Source: Candidatus Bathyarchaeota archaeon (GTDB taxonomy: Archaea; Thermoproteota; Bathyarchaeia; Bathyarchaeales; Bathycorpusculaceae). From it: 64,000 nucleotides of DNA. A model generated the notes under the pieces. It saw only the letters and a program-made list of their open reading frames with translations. It searched no databases and had not been told where the DNA came from. The DNA is taken from NCBI GenBank assembly GCA_963828195.1, contig CAWHDT010000005.1, positions 364,923 through 428,922 of the forward strand, in the 5' to 3' direction. The translations under genes and the position numbers were made by a program. Position 1 is the first letter of the stretch, and every line of letters begins with the position of its first letter. Shown here piece after piece: positions 55,481 to 64,000 of this stretch.

Positions 55481-56265
55481 TTAAGCTTCTTGCGTATTTC
55501 CACTGCTTTCTCCTGAGCAATCTTTGACGCCTCTAAAATCTGTTGCGGTGTAAAGTAGCCTGAGCCGCCTTTCTGAACGGCGCAAATGTGTCCTTCGTCG
55601 TTGATAGCCATCGATATTCTTGAATCCATAACTTGCTCTTCCTCCAAGACGGGGTCAACTATAAGAGTATTGTTGATTTTTCCTATAGTGACGGTGACCG
55701 GGTGGTTTTTCACGGGCAGCGGAGTGTAGCCTTGCTTAATCTTTACTTCACCGTCTTTGACTTCGTAGTTGGGCATCTTTGTGTTTATTAAAGCGGCCAA
55801 AGCAGCTAAGCTTGCAGCGTCAATCAAGTTTCCATCTTGGTTAAGAACGTAAACATCCACGAATACGACGAAGACTTTTTTGCCTGGTTCGATGCATAGT
55901 TTTTCGTTGTCGATTGCTTTTGATTCACGTATTCCTCGGTCAACAACTCTTGCCAATTCAATGGAGTCTTCGTTTGGGGGACCTGCCTCATAGTTCGGCG
56001 ACGCTATTGGAACAAGCTCGGCGTTAACGGTTAAGACGCCTTCGTTAGGTGTGTCGGGGAATGGTTCGCCTGTTTCAACTTTTACGCCGACAAGAACCTG
56101 GGTGTTCCCAAGAAAAACACGGGCTGAACCTTCAGCTTTCTCAATTAAACCTTGCTCAATCTTGATTTCTCGGGTATCACGCAAGCCTCGTTCATCTAGG
56201 CGTTTTCCCTTTTCGATAGTCTGCTCAATCTGCTTTAGTCTAACTCGGGTAACAAGTGACGACAT
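55474..56265 (-). CDS. rrp42: exosome complex subunit Rrp42 (RNase PH-like, inactive)
   Basis: RNase PH fold pattern and position after rrp41. Confidence 0.85.
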   Translation of the reverse strand: MSSLVTRVRLKQIEQTIEKGKRLDERGLRDTREIKIEQGLIEKAEGSARVFLGNTQVLVGVKVETGEPFPDTPNEGVLTVNAELVPIASPNYEAGPPNEDSIELARVVDRGIRESKAIDNEKLCIEPGKKVFVVFVDVYVLNQDGNLIDAASLAALAALINTKMPNYEVKDGEVKIKQGYTPLPVKNHPVTVTIGKINNTLIVDPVLEEEQVMDSRISMAINDEGHICAVQKGGSGYFTPQQILEASKIAQEKAVEIRKKLNW

Positions 56266-57008
56266 TACTCTTCAGCCTCCTCTTTCTCTTTAACAACCAT
56301 GTATTTAGTTTTTAATGCTTCCTTCTGCATTTCATAGATTTTTTTGCAGCCATCCATCCCCATATTCAATGCCTTCTCAAATTCTTCCGCCGTGAGATTT
56401 CCATCCATCTGAAGCAGAGTAACCGCGTTCAAATTAGGCATGTAAGCTACAGGAAGATCTGCGGCGCCAAGTTTGTCCTCAGCGTCATACAAGTCTAAAA
56501 CGACAGTGTCATCAACTTTTCCAGCAGCACAAGCAACAACTAAATCGCGCATTGGAACCCCAGCGTCGGCAATGGCTAATGCAGCGGCAGTTATGCTTGC
56601 GCAACGTGTTCCGCCGTCAGCCTGCAATACTTCAATGAACACGTCTACGCCTGTCCGCGGATAAAGCTCCAGGAACAAGGCAGGTTCTAAACATTCCTTT
56701 ATCACTTTAGACAGCTCTACTTCTCTTCTTGAAGGCGCAGGTGATTTACGCTCCTGCACTGAAAAGGGAGCCATGTGATAGCGGCACCGCAAAACCATAC
56801 GGTCTGGCAACGACAGGTGCTTTGGATGCATCTCTCTTGGACCGAAAGCTGCGGCTAAAATCTTGTTTTTTCCATGTTCAATATAGGCGGATCCGTCAGC
56901 GTGTTGTAGGACGCCGACTTGAAGCTTAAGGGGTCGAAGTTCGTCTGCTTTTCGCCCATCCAATCGGATACCTTTTTTATCAATTAATTTTTCATGTTTT
57001 TCACTCAT
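56265..57008 (-). CDS. rrp41: exosome complex exonuclease Rrp41 (RNase PH-like)
   Basis: Motifs [32 protein letters not shown] and [22 protein letters not shown]. Confidence 0.88.
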   Translation of the reverse strand: MSEKHEKLIDKKGIRLDGRKADELRPLKLQVGVLQHADGSAYIEHGKNKILAAAFGPREMHPKHLSLPDRMVLRCRYHMAPFSVQERKSPAPSRREVELSKVIKECLEPALFLELYPRTGVDVFIEVLQADGGTRCASITAAALAIADAGVPMRDLVVACAAGKVDDTVVLDLYDAEDKLGAADLPVAYMPNLNAVTLLQMDGNLTAEEFEKALNMGMDGCKKIYEMQKEALKTKYMVVKEKEEAEE

Positions 57009-57738
57009 TCTTGTTTTCCTCCACTTTATCCACTTTACCTTTACTTTCTTTAAGTAACTGCGTTATGCGATCTGTCAAGCCACTTGTATGGGATTCATCC
57101 TCAATCTTTTTAATCACCTTTATCGCAAGCTCCTCTTCCTCAACGGTTTTCCCAGTGACTAAGATCATGCCGTTGAGCCCCAGAATAATTTGGCATCCTG
57201 TTTCCTGTTTAATCATGGAAATCATTGAGCCTTTCCTACCTATTATACGGGGAATCTTCGTAGGTGTCACATGAAGAATTTGCCCACGAGTTATTTTACC
57301 TAAACCCGGTTCGCCAACAGTAAGCTGCGGATCATGGGCTCTGTCGTACGAAGCGATTTTTGCAACAATCAAGTCGCCTGCGTTTAAAACCGCGGATAAC
57401 TCGTCGTTTTGAGGCTTGAAGGGTCTGCTTAAAACGTCTGATGCACGCAGGAGCGCGGTGTAGGGTGATTTAATATCGACGGTCCAGCCGTTAAATCCGA
57501 CTTCCACGACTGACCCAATTATGATGTCACCCATTTTAGGCACATAAAAAGCCCTCAATGCAACAACGTTTACTTTTTTATTATCGGTATCTACAAGCCC
57601 GATTCTTGATGCATAAATCTTGTTTTGTTCCATGTACGAGTTTTCGCCAGGCAAATATTCGCCTTCCGCAAGCAATTCTCCCGGCGTCACAAGCTGTTTT
57701 TTTTCAAAGAATACTGGCATAATTTTTTCACCATCCAA
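57001..57738 (-). CDS. rrp4: exosome cap subunit Rrp4 (S1 plus KH domains)
   Basis: VTPGELL..., the S1 region [11 protein letters not shown], and the KH motif [15 protein letters not shown]. The start may be the ATG at 57720. Confidence 0.85.
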   Translation of the reverse strand: MDGEKIMPVFFEKKQLVTPGELLAEGEYLPGENSYMEQNKIYASRIGLVDTDNKKVNVVALRAFYVPKMGDIIIGSVVEVGFNGWTVDIKSPYTALLRASDVLSRPFKPQNDELSAVLNAGDLIVAKIASYDRAHDPQLTVGEPGLGKITRGQILHVTPTKIPRIIGRKGSMISMIKQETGCQIILGLNGMILVTGKTVEEEELAIKVIKKIEDESHTSGLTDRITQLLKESKGKVDKVEENKNE

Positions 57739-57745
57739 TTTTATC

Positions 57746-58435
57746 TTAAGAGATTATTTTTGCTTCTCCACTTCCCTTTGTTACGTCGCCAAGTTTGTTT
57801 AACAGCGAAGCGTATGACCCCGCTGGCAGTTCAATCTCTCCATACCAAGAGCCGTCCCCACGCCATTCTTCCCGTTTTATAGTGCCCAAAGTTTTGACTG
57901 ACCCATAGGCTCTTGCTGAGTACTGAGCGGGGATCTTTACTGCCACTGTCACCTGCTCGATCTTTAAGGGCAAAATCGGCCGTAACAGTTTCACTATATC
58001 CTTGGCTTGTTCTTCCACTGGCTTATATGGGTCAATTGGGTAACGGATCTGCTCCATCGCGTTTTCTATGCGCATTGGAGGATGCGGCAGATTCGTTTTT
58101 GGGTCAACTGCTTGTCTTGAAATAAAATCGATTATTTGTCTTTTTTTGTCCTCGACCATTTTACGTCTCTGCTCGGTTGTAAGCTGCAGCGTTCCTTTCT
58201 TAAGTATCAGGTCAGCAATTTTTAATGCGTCTGTGGTTCCGAAGGCTTTATGCATAGCTTCTTCGGAGACTTTGGTGCCTTTGTTTGCGTCAGAAAAAAT
58301 GATTTCAGCCGCTAAAACTTCGGTTATTCCAGCGATTTTTCCGTTGCGGTACTCCAGTGCTTTTTGGGGTTTAACTAGGATTTCAAAATGCTCGTTTTCT
58401 TTTGTTAATCGTGCAACGGTGAACTTTTCACTCAT
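57746..58435 (-). CDS. sdo1: SBDS-family ribosome maturation protein (Sdo1)
   Basis: VARLTKENEHFEILVKP...IFSDANKG. Position between psmA and rrp4 fits the family. Confidence 0.85.
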   Translation of the reverse strand: MSEKFTVARLTKENEHFEILVKPQKALEYRNGKIAGITEVLAAEIIFSDANKGTKVSEEAMHKAFGTTDALKIADLILKKGTLQLTTEQRRKMVEDKKRQIIDFISRQAVDPKTNLPHPPMRIENAMEQIRYPIDPYKPVEEQAKDIVKLLRPILPLKIEQVTVAVKIPAQYSARAYGSVKTLGTIKREEWRGDGSWYGEIELPAGSYASLLNKLGDVTKGSGEAKIIS

Positions 58436-58442
58436 CGAGTTT

Positions 58443-59171
58443 TCACTTGCTTGAACCCAGTTCTTTGATGTAGCCTTCGACTGCGTCGTCGCTTAACATT
58501 TCCATCTTCTTAGATGCGACAGATATGACGGCGATTTTTATTCTTGGAGGCAGCTGCCTTGCGTCCAGAGCCTTGATTAAGCATTTTACTGCGAGTCTGA
58601 TGCTGTTTTCCAATGTTAAGTCTTCGCGGTATTCTTCTTTTAGAATTGAAACAACTGTTTCTCTTCCTGCGCCTAATGCTGTGGCTTTGTAGCCTCTGTA
58701 TGTTCCGCTTGGATGTGTCCCGAAGACTTTGGTTCCTGTTTTGTTGACTCCTCCGAAAATCAGGGAAACGCCGAATGGTCTGACTCCTGCATGCTGCGTG
58801 TACATTTGTTGGATGTCGCAGATTCGTTTGGTTACGACTTCTACGTCTATGGGTTCGTCGTAGGTTAATTTGTTACTTTGAGCGTATATCCTTGCTTGGT
58901 CGATGAGTATTCGGGCGTCTGAGCTTAAACCCACTATAGCGGCGCCGATGTGGTCGTCTACCCGAAAGATTTTCCATGAGTAACCTGCTTCTTCAAGGAC
59001 CTCTATGTTTTCTTCTGACCCGAGGACAAGCCCTTCTGGACATTGGATGCCAAGTATGGTGGCTCCGCGGTTAACTAACTCCATTGCGTATTCGACTTGG
59101 AAGAGTCGTCCGTCAGGCGAGAAAACTGTTATCGCACGGTCATATGCTCCTGGTGCTGCAAATACTGACAT
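58443..59171 (-). CDS. psmA: proteasome subunit alpha
   Basis: YDRAITVFSPDGRLFQVEYA... Confidence 0.9.
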   Translation of the reverse strand: MSVFAAPGAYDRAITVFSPDGRLFQVEYAMELVNRGATILGIQCPEGLVLGSEENIEVLEEAGYSWKIFRVDDHIGAAIVGLSSDARILIDQARIYAQSNKLTYDEPIDVEVVTKRICDIQQMYTQHAGVRPFGVSLIFGGVNKTGTKVFGTHPSGTYRGYKATALGAGRETVVSILKEEYREDLTLENSIRLAVKCLIKALDARQLPPRIKIAVISVASKKMEMLSDDAVEGYIKELGSSK

Positions 59172-59380
59172 AACTTAACCTCACTTTACACTATACACTT
59201 TTTCACAGACTCATATAAAGACTACACTAAAAACCTTTCCTATCAGGGCAAATTCAAGTTTCCCATGAATTCAAGGTTTCGGCGGCATTTTTCTGCAGAA
59301 ATTTTGCTGTGGGATTTCCGGTTTTGATTTTTTGGATTTTCCAGATCGCGTTCGGTATGTTTTTTGCAGATATTTTTTAG

Positions 59381-59508
59381 TTGCGACTTTTGGGCTGGCG
59401 TAAGTTGCGACTTTCCGCCTTGGGTCTTTGCGTTTTGGGCTGCTTTTTTGGTTTGGGGTTTGAAGGTGTTTGTGTGTTGCGACTTTGGGGTGGGCGGATT
59501 GCGACTTT
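59381..59508 (+). repeat. four direct copies of TTGCGACTTT arranged as two ~45-nt units
   Basis: Copies lie at 59381-90, 59405-14, 59477-86 and 59499-508. Within each unit the first copy is followed by (T)GGG and the second by CC. Confidence 0.7.
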
Positions 59509-59582
59509 CCATGTTGAGTGCATGTTGGAGTTATTGTCGGTTACGGGCGGGATTTTTTGGGTTGCAGCGGCTGTTTTTCTTC

Positions 59583-59628
59583 AAAAGAAGAAGAAGCTGG
59601 TGAAAACAATTTTTCTTCTTCTTCTTCC
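59583..59628 (-). repeat. hairpin repeat family, copy C (module 1 only, inverted)
   Basis: The reverse complement GGAAGAAGAAGAAGAAAAATTGTTTTCACCAGCTTCTTCTTCTTTT equals module 1 of copies A and B. Confidence 0.85.
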
Positions 59629-60089
59629 GCCTGGTCATTACCACGTTGCTCAACTGAACCCACTTAATAGTTAAAAATCTCCATGGAACAAAACCGCCCA
59701 GCCATCACCTACGCCAAAAACGGGCACTTACTGTTCAGCCACCCCCAAAAAACCCGATGACATGACCCGGGCTCCAGTTAGAAGTCAGCAACAACGCCGT
59801 GGACCAACACGATACTTAAAATCCTCAAAAGGAATTCGGAGAAAAGCCATTCTCTGACATTTGCAGTTGCTAAAGTTTTTCGTAAATCCAGTTCATGATT
59901 GTTTAAAGTGTGTCTTTAGTGAATCCAATGTGTCCAGCTTCGTAGAATCGGGCGCATTTTGGGCTTCCGTGTTCAAGAAGCAGATAGTAATCTTTTATGG
60001 GGAACTCTGGGGTACTATGTATTGCATACGCTCATAACCACGAGCAGACAAATATCCACAAGTTGCTTGTATGTAAAACAGGTGATTGA

Positions 60090-60311
60090 ATGGAACCGAT
60101 GGATAGAATAACGATCGACCCTGAAGTTATGGTTGGTAAACCAGTCATCAAGGGTACCCGCATCACAGTGCAGCTGATTGTTCAACTTTTGGCAAATGGG
60201 GCAACAGAAGCTGAAATACTAAATGACTACCCAGACTTGAAAAAAGAAGACATTAAAGCTGCCCTCTTATATGCATCCGAATGCCTTGGTCGCGAAGTTA
60301 TTCCTGTTTAA
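60090..60311 (+). CDS. DUF433-family small protein (antitoxin-like HTH)
   Basis: ITIDPEVMVGKPVIKGTRITVQLIVQLLANGATEAEILNDYPDLKKEDIKAAL. Confidence 0.7.
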   Translation: MEPMDRITIDPEVMVGKPVIKGTRITVQLIVQLLANGATEAEILNDYPDLKKEDIKAALLYASECLGREVIPV

Positions 60312-60605
60312 GCCCAAAATCAACTTGTGATTATCACTGAAAGGAGAATTCGCATAGTTTCATAATCGGTCACATTCCATGTAGCGCGGACATTACCTCT
60401 TATGGAGACACTTTAACCCTCAACTTGTTCCTTTAATTTGTTCTTTTTGTTGTGATTGTGATTATAAAAACAGTTTTTGTAAAAAACATGTAACGTGAGT
60501 TTTGTGATGATTGTGGAGTTCGCTGCGCCCTTTGGGTTTTGCTTTGAGATAGAAACGGAAATTAAGATTTGTGTGTTAATATCCTAGAGCGTTTTTGGTG
60601 TTGTT

Positions 60606-61184
60606 ATGCCACGTTTTATAGAGGAAAACGTTAGGGGTCAGTTGGTTGCGGCTTTTGAGAACTTGGTTAATCCTGTGGATCTTGTTTTCTTTACCCAAAA
60701 AGATTGCGCTGCCTGCGTATATCAGGGGGAGCTGTTACGAGAAGTCAGTTCATTATCAAGCAAATTGACCCTGAAAAGTTATGACTTCGTTTTAAACGGC
60801 GATGAAGCTATGAATTACAAAATAGATAAGATTCCGGCAACAGCAGTTGTTGGCAAACGTGACTATAGAATCCGCTTCTTTGGTTTAACCGCGGGCTTTG
60901 AATTTAAAACGCTTATAGAAGACATCATCATGGTCTCGAGCGAACGCACAGGTCTCGACCCAAGACTCGAAATTTTAGTGAAGGCACTTCCAAATCCAGT
61001 GCACCTGCAAGTAATGGCGTCCCTGACTTGTCCACACTGCCCAAAGGCAGTGCAGGCTGCGCATCGCTTCGCTTTTCTTAACGAAAATATCCGTTCAGAC
61101 ATGGTTGACCTCAGCGTATTTCCCTATATAGCACAAAAATACAACGTAACGGGAACACCTAAGACCATCATAAACGAAAGCTAA
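60606..61184 (+). CDS. two-thioredoxin-fold protein disulfide oxidoreductase (PDO/glutaredoxin-like), terminated by a TAA inside the conserved C-terminal region
   Basis: CAAC (N-terminal unit) and CPHCP (C-terminal unit), then YNVTGTPKTIINES followed by the stop. Confidence 0.75.
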   Translation: MPRFIEENVRGQLVAAFENLVNPVDLVFFTQKDCAACVYQGELLREVSSLSSKLTLKSYDFVLNGDEAMNYKIDKIPATAVVGKRDYRIRFFGLTAGFEFKTLIEDIIMVSSERTGLDPRLEILVKALPNPVHLQVMASLTCPHCPKAVQAAHRFAFLNENIRSDMVDLSVFPYIAQKYNVTGTPKTIINES

Positions 61185-61328
61185 TCATTTGTAGGCGCAT
61201 ACCCTGAAGCCGCCCTTTATCTGGAGATACTAAAAGCAGTAGACCCACAGCAATACCAGAAAGTCGTAGAAGAAATCACGAAAGAAGCCAACTTAGCTCA
61301 GGGCATGAGCACAGCCTACCCACTTTAG
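61185..61328 (+). other. in-frame continuation of the PDO reading frame after the TAA (47 codons plus TAG)
   Basis: It translates as SFVGAYPEAALYLEILKAVDPQQYQKVVEEITKEANLAQGMSTAYPL. The FxGAYPE...L..L segment is what full-length PDO-family proteins carry after the second thioredoxin unit. Confidence 0.6.
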
Positions 61329-61536
61329 CATTCGGCGGCAGGATTTTTTAGCTGTTAATTTACAAAAATGGAAAGCCGAAGGAAAAAACCTTAGAAATTT
61401 CTGTATCTGATTATGCGGATACTGTTAAGTTATTTGTCAGGGGATTTTCCAGTTTATTTTCTCTAGTTAGTCAACTAGTAAAAAGTTTTTGGAAACTAAT
61501 GAAAATCTAAAATAGATCTTCAGCAAACTCTATTCT

Positions 61537-62019
61537 ATGAGAAAAAGGAAATATGTTTTCCTCATAATTGCAATAGCTGTACTTATAGTACTTCTATCCG
61601 TTTCGCTTTTTGTTATCAATCCTGTTCTTGACCAAAAAAAGCAAGAACCAAAAGCAACTCCAAATAGTAGTAGTTTTCCATCGCCCTCGCTGGTAACAAT
61701 AACAGGTGAAATTCAACTAGACTCTAGCTTCTTTATAGAATTAGGTACCCCCCTAGAAGGTGGAGGGTCACATTATTATCTGCAAGACCAACAATCAGGC
61801 ATTAAATATTATTTGCTTAATGGTGACGGAACATTTTTTAGCGGTTTGGATTCACCTCAAATAGGTTGGACAGGGGATAATAGTTCTGGAAAACAATTTC
61901 AAGTTTCTGGATTTGTAAGCGCTGGAATGTATCGATGCGTCAATCTTACGAACTCAGGACCAAATGGTTTGCAATTATTAAATACTCTGACGATAGTTAA
62001 TGGAACAGAAATATCCTAA
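61537..62019 (+). CDS. hypothetical N-terminally membrane-anchored or secreted protein
   Basis: MRKRKYVFLIIAIAVLIVLLSVSLFVI signal-anchor, then a Ser/Pro linker and a Gly/aromatic-rich domain. Confidence 0.5.
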   Translation: MRKRKYVFLIIAIAVLIVLLSVSLFVINPVLDQKKQEPKATPNSSSFPSPSLVTITGEIQLDSSFFIELGTPLEGGGSHYYLQDQQSGIKYYLLNGDGTFFSGLDSPQIGWTGDNSSGKQFQVSGFVSAGMYRCVNLTNSGPNGLQLLNTLTIVNGTEIS

Positions 62020-62192
62020 TCTCTGGTTACCTTTCATATTGCTAATTCTTGGCAGCCTAAAAAGAGTCATGACAAATAACTTAACAGTATCGATTATGCG
62101 TAATGCTTTTAAGAATGGCGAGTTAAATGCAACAGACATCGATCAGCCAGTTAACTATCTATTAGTTTATCGTTTATACGGGGAGTTTAAAA

Positions 62193-63383
62193 ATGCAGTA
62201 TAGAACTGTACCTAAAAACGGCGATAAGTTGTCAGCTCTTGGATTTGGAGCCATGCGGTTACCGCTAAAGGGACAAAACCTCGATGAAGAACGCGCAATA
62301 AAACAAATTCGTTATGCAATCGACAACGGCGTAAACTATGTTGATTCAGCGCCACCCTATCATGGTGGTGAGAGCGAGAAGGTGCTTGGAAAAGCCTTGT
62401 TGGATGGCTACCGCAAAAAAGTAAAGATAGCCACAAAACTTACCCCGTTTCTGCTAAGTAAAGCCGAAGACATGGACAGAATATTAAATGCATCGCTGCA
62501 AAAACTGCAAACTGATCACATTGACTATTACCTTCTGCATGGGCTTGAAGAAGAGGTTTGGAAAAAACTGCGAGCCTTTAACGTTTTACAATTTTTGGAA
62601 AAAGCAAAAGCCGATGGAAAAATCGTCAACATAGGCTTTTCATTTCACGGGTCCATTGAAACCTTCAAAGAAATCATAGATGCAAATGACTGGACGATGT
62701 GTCAAATGCAATATAATTTTATGGATGAAAAAGTGCAGGCGGGAACGGCAGGCCTGAAGTATGCTGCTTCGAAGAATCTTGCGGTTATGGTTATGGAGCC
62801 GCTGAGGGGCGGAGCATTAACCGATAAGCTTCCAAATGAAGTAAAGCAACTTTACGATGACGCTAAAATTCTGAGGTCTCCGGCTGAGTGGGGTCTTCGC
62901 TGGGTGTGGAATCATCCGGAAGTGACGGTTGTTCTTTCAGGAATGAATATGAAGAAACAAGTTGCCGAAAACGTTAAAACCGCGGAGACAGCGTTTCCAT
63001 GCTCAATGGAACCCACCGAGCTTGCAACTATCAAAAATGTAGCTGAAGCTTATAGGCGCCTTATCAAGGTTTCATGCACGGGCTGCCGATACTGTATGCC
63101 GTGCCCTTCCGGAGTCAATATTCCCGCCAACTTCAGAATCTACAATGACTACTGCATGTTCAGCGATAAAAAAAGATCAAGACTGATGTATGCGTTGATG
63201 TTAATGGGGGGATTCGGCGGTAAACGGTCCGATGCCTCACTATGTATAGAATGCAAAAAATGCGTAGAACTTTGCCCCCAGCACATAGATATTCCTCAAC
63301 AGCTTAAATCGGTTTTAAAAGATATAGGTGGCTCCAAAACTGAATCGGTAATTGCCACACGAAGTAGCGTGCTTCGAAAATAA
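62193..63383 (+). CDS. aldo/keto reductase with C-terminal Fe-S (4Fe-4S dicluster) domain
   Basis: LGFGAMRLP, YVDSAPPYHGGESEKVLGKAL, DYYLLHG, then CTGCRYCMPCPSGVNIP and CIECKKCVELCPQHIDIP. Confidence 0.8.
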   Translation: MQYRTVPKNGDKLSALGFGAMRLPLKGQNLDEERAIKQIRYAIDNGVNYVDSAPPYHGGESEKVLGKALLDGYRKKVKIATKLTPFLLSKAEDMDRILNASLQKLQTDHIDYYLLHGLEEEVWKKLRAFNVLQFLEKAKADGKIVNIGFSFHGSIETFKEIIDANDWTMCQMQYNFMDEKVQAGTAGLKYAASKNLAVMVMEPLRGGALTDKLPNEVKQLYDDAKILRSPAEWGLRWVWNHPEVTVVLSGMNMKKQVAENVKTAETAFPCSMEPTELATIKNVAEAYRRLIKVSCTGCRYCMPCPSGVNIPANFRIYNDYCMFSDKKRSRLMYALMLMGGFGGKRSDASLCIECKKCVELCPQHIDIPQQLKSVLKDIGGSKTESVIATRSSVLRK

Positions 63384-63496
63384 CGTTCAAAACCTGCATG
63401 AAAACGTTTTTTAGCCGTTTGTTATTCACAGAACAATGTCACTATGGGCAACCCAAAATACTGTTTCAGTAAGTGTTAAATTTTGGTTAAGACGCC

Positions 63497-64000
63497 ATTT
63501 TATACGGTGAAAGTTTGTCACAAGTTGAAAAAGGGCACGGCGCAAAAGGATCAGACGAAGCTAACTTAAACGCTGTTTTGAATGCTGCAAAAAAGCGGGC
63601 GGAGCAGTTGGGAATCAAGTCTGTTGTTGTGGCGTCCACCAGTGGAGATACAGGAGTGAAAGCGGTGAAAATGTTTACAGGATATAACGTTGTTGTGGTA
63701 ACGCATAGCACTGGCTTTAGTGGACCAGATGTTCAAGAGTTGATACCGGAGAATCGGGAACTGATTCTTAAGGCTGGTGGCAAAATCTTGACCACGACCC
63801 ACGCGTTTGGAGGATTAGGTCGGGCAGTTAGAAGAAAGTTTAACACGTACCAAACCGATGAAATCGTTGCGAATACGTTGCGGGTTTTTGGTCAAGGAAC
63901 CAAAGTTGCGGTTGAAATCGCAATGATGGCGGCTGATTCTGGGCTCATAAGCGTAAAAGAAGATGTAATTTCCATAGGAGGATCAGGCAGTGGAGCTGAC
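63497..64000 (+). CDS. pyruvate-kinase C-terminal (alpha/beta) domain-like protein, 3' end outside the window, start uncertain
   Basis: The frame is open from 63491 to the window end: ...LGIKSVVVASTSGDTGVKAV...VVVVTHSTGF...ILTTTHAFGG...GQGTKVAVEIAMMAADSG. It is not in the ORF track because no stop lies in the window. The first canonical start is TTG 63515, with ATT at 63497. Confidence 0.6.
   Translation, partial: MLYGESLSQVEKGHGAKGSDEANLNAVLNAAKKRAEQLGIKSVVVASTSGDTGVKAVKMFTGYNVVVVTHSTGFSGPDVQELIPENRELILKAGGKILTTTHAFGGLGRAVRRKFNTYQTDEIVANTLRVFGQGTKVAVEIAMMAADSGLISVKEDVISIGGSGSGAD

Noticed and set aside
59243-59512. 89-aa minus-strand ORF (and plus-strand ORFs 59364..59674) in the psmA upstream region.
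   Set aside because: The translations are low-complexity (K/Q/N/P-rich or G/F/W-rich) and are generated by the G/T-skewed repeat region. The DNA-level repeats explain the open frames better than coding does.
59172-60089. Replication origin in the repeat-rich psmA / DUF433 intergenic region.
   Set aside because: No orc1/cdc6 gene is adjacent, no ORB or mini-ORB-like inverted motifs are present, and there is no pronounced AT-rich unwinding element. Only direct decamer repeats are seen.
61182-61184. Selenocysteine or pyrrolysine recoding at the in-frame stops of the PDO gene (and TGA at 35011-35013 in the UPF0175-like remnant).
   Set aside because: The PDO stop is TAA, not TGA or TAG. The TGA-containing remnant also lacks a start codon and its N-terminal domain, so it is a pseudogene. 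No SECIS-like hairpin was evident.
62000-62203. 67-aa ORF bridging the hypothetical membrane protein and the aldo/keto reductase.
   Set aside because: It overlaps both neighbours' ends and has no recognisable features. It is likely a chance ORF.

Overview
This window looks like archaeal chromosome (my inference: a TACK or Bathyarchaeia-like anaerobe). The evidence is archaeal-type r-protein/RNAP operons, an exosome-proteasome superoperon, and tRNA genes with encoded CCA.

Layout:
- 1-3.4 kb: the 3' part of asnB, a small RAM-domain protein, a ~1 kb non-coding stretch with repeats, and purE.
- 3.4-27.2 kb, almost all minus strand: a dense hydrogen/electron-bifurcation region. It holds a hydrogenase maturation protease, flavodoxin, mvhA-mvhG-hdrB-hdrC, a five-gene Hox-type NAD-linked [NiFe] hydrogenase (hoxEFUYH), and an ADP-forming acetyl-CoA synthetase fused to a GNAT domain. 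It also holds a second 8-gene hdr/mvh operon with a duplicated mvhG-hdrB-hdrC module, two mvhD genes and two tandem-core HdrA units (one fused, one split), but no hydrogenase large subunit.
- 27.5-32.5 kb, plus strand: an aryl-acid module (paaK-like ligase, iorA with an inserted polyferredoxin, iorB, a RAM protein, paaI-like thioesterase).
- 32.6-35.1 kb: tRNA-Cys followed by an AT-rich islet bounded by a duplicated tRNA 3' half, then vapBC and a gene remnant.
- 35.2-46.9 kb: housekeeping genes, a Lon-like protease, tRNA-Glu with a probable D-loop intron, a PhoU/AbrB regulator and a split archaeal glutamate synthase cluster.
- 47.0-50.9 kb: rpoN-S9-L13-L18e-rpoD-S11-S4-S13.
- 54.5-59.2 kb: pcc1-L37ae-rrp42-rrp41-rrp4-sdo1-psmA.
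- 59.2-64 kb: miscellaneous genes.

Most notable observations:
- A two-module hairpin repeat family with four intergenic copies.
- A protein disulfide oxidoreductase interrupted by an in-frame TAA, with a conserved in-frame continuation.
- Conserved genes whose conserved N-termini lie upstream of any ATG/GTG/TTG.
- A shared ~50-nt inverted-repeat element in front of two neighbouring operons.
- Two GC-rich intergenic regions with nested helices.

No CRISPR array, rRNA gene or intact transposase/integrase was seen. All homology calls come from reading motifs by eye; no database search was run.
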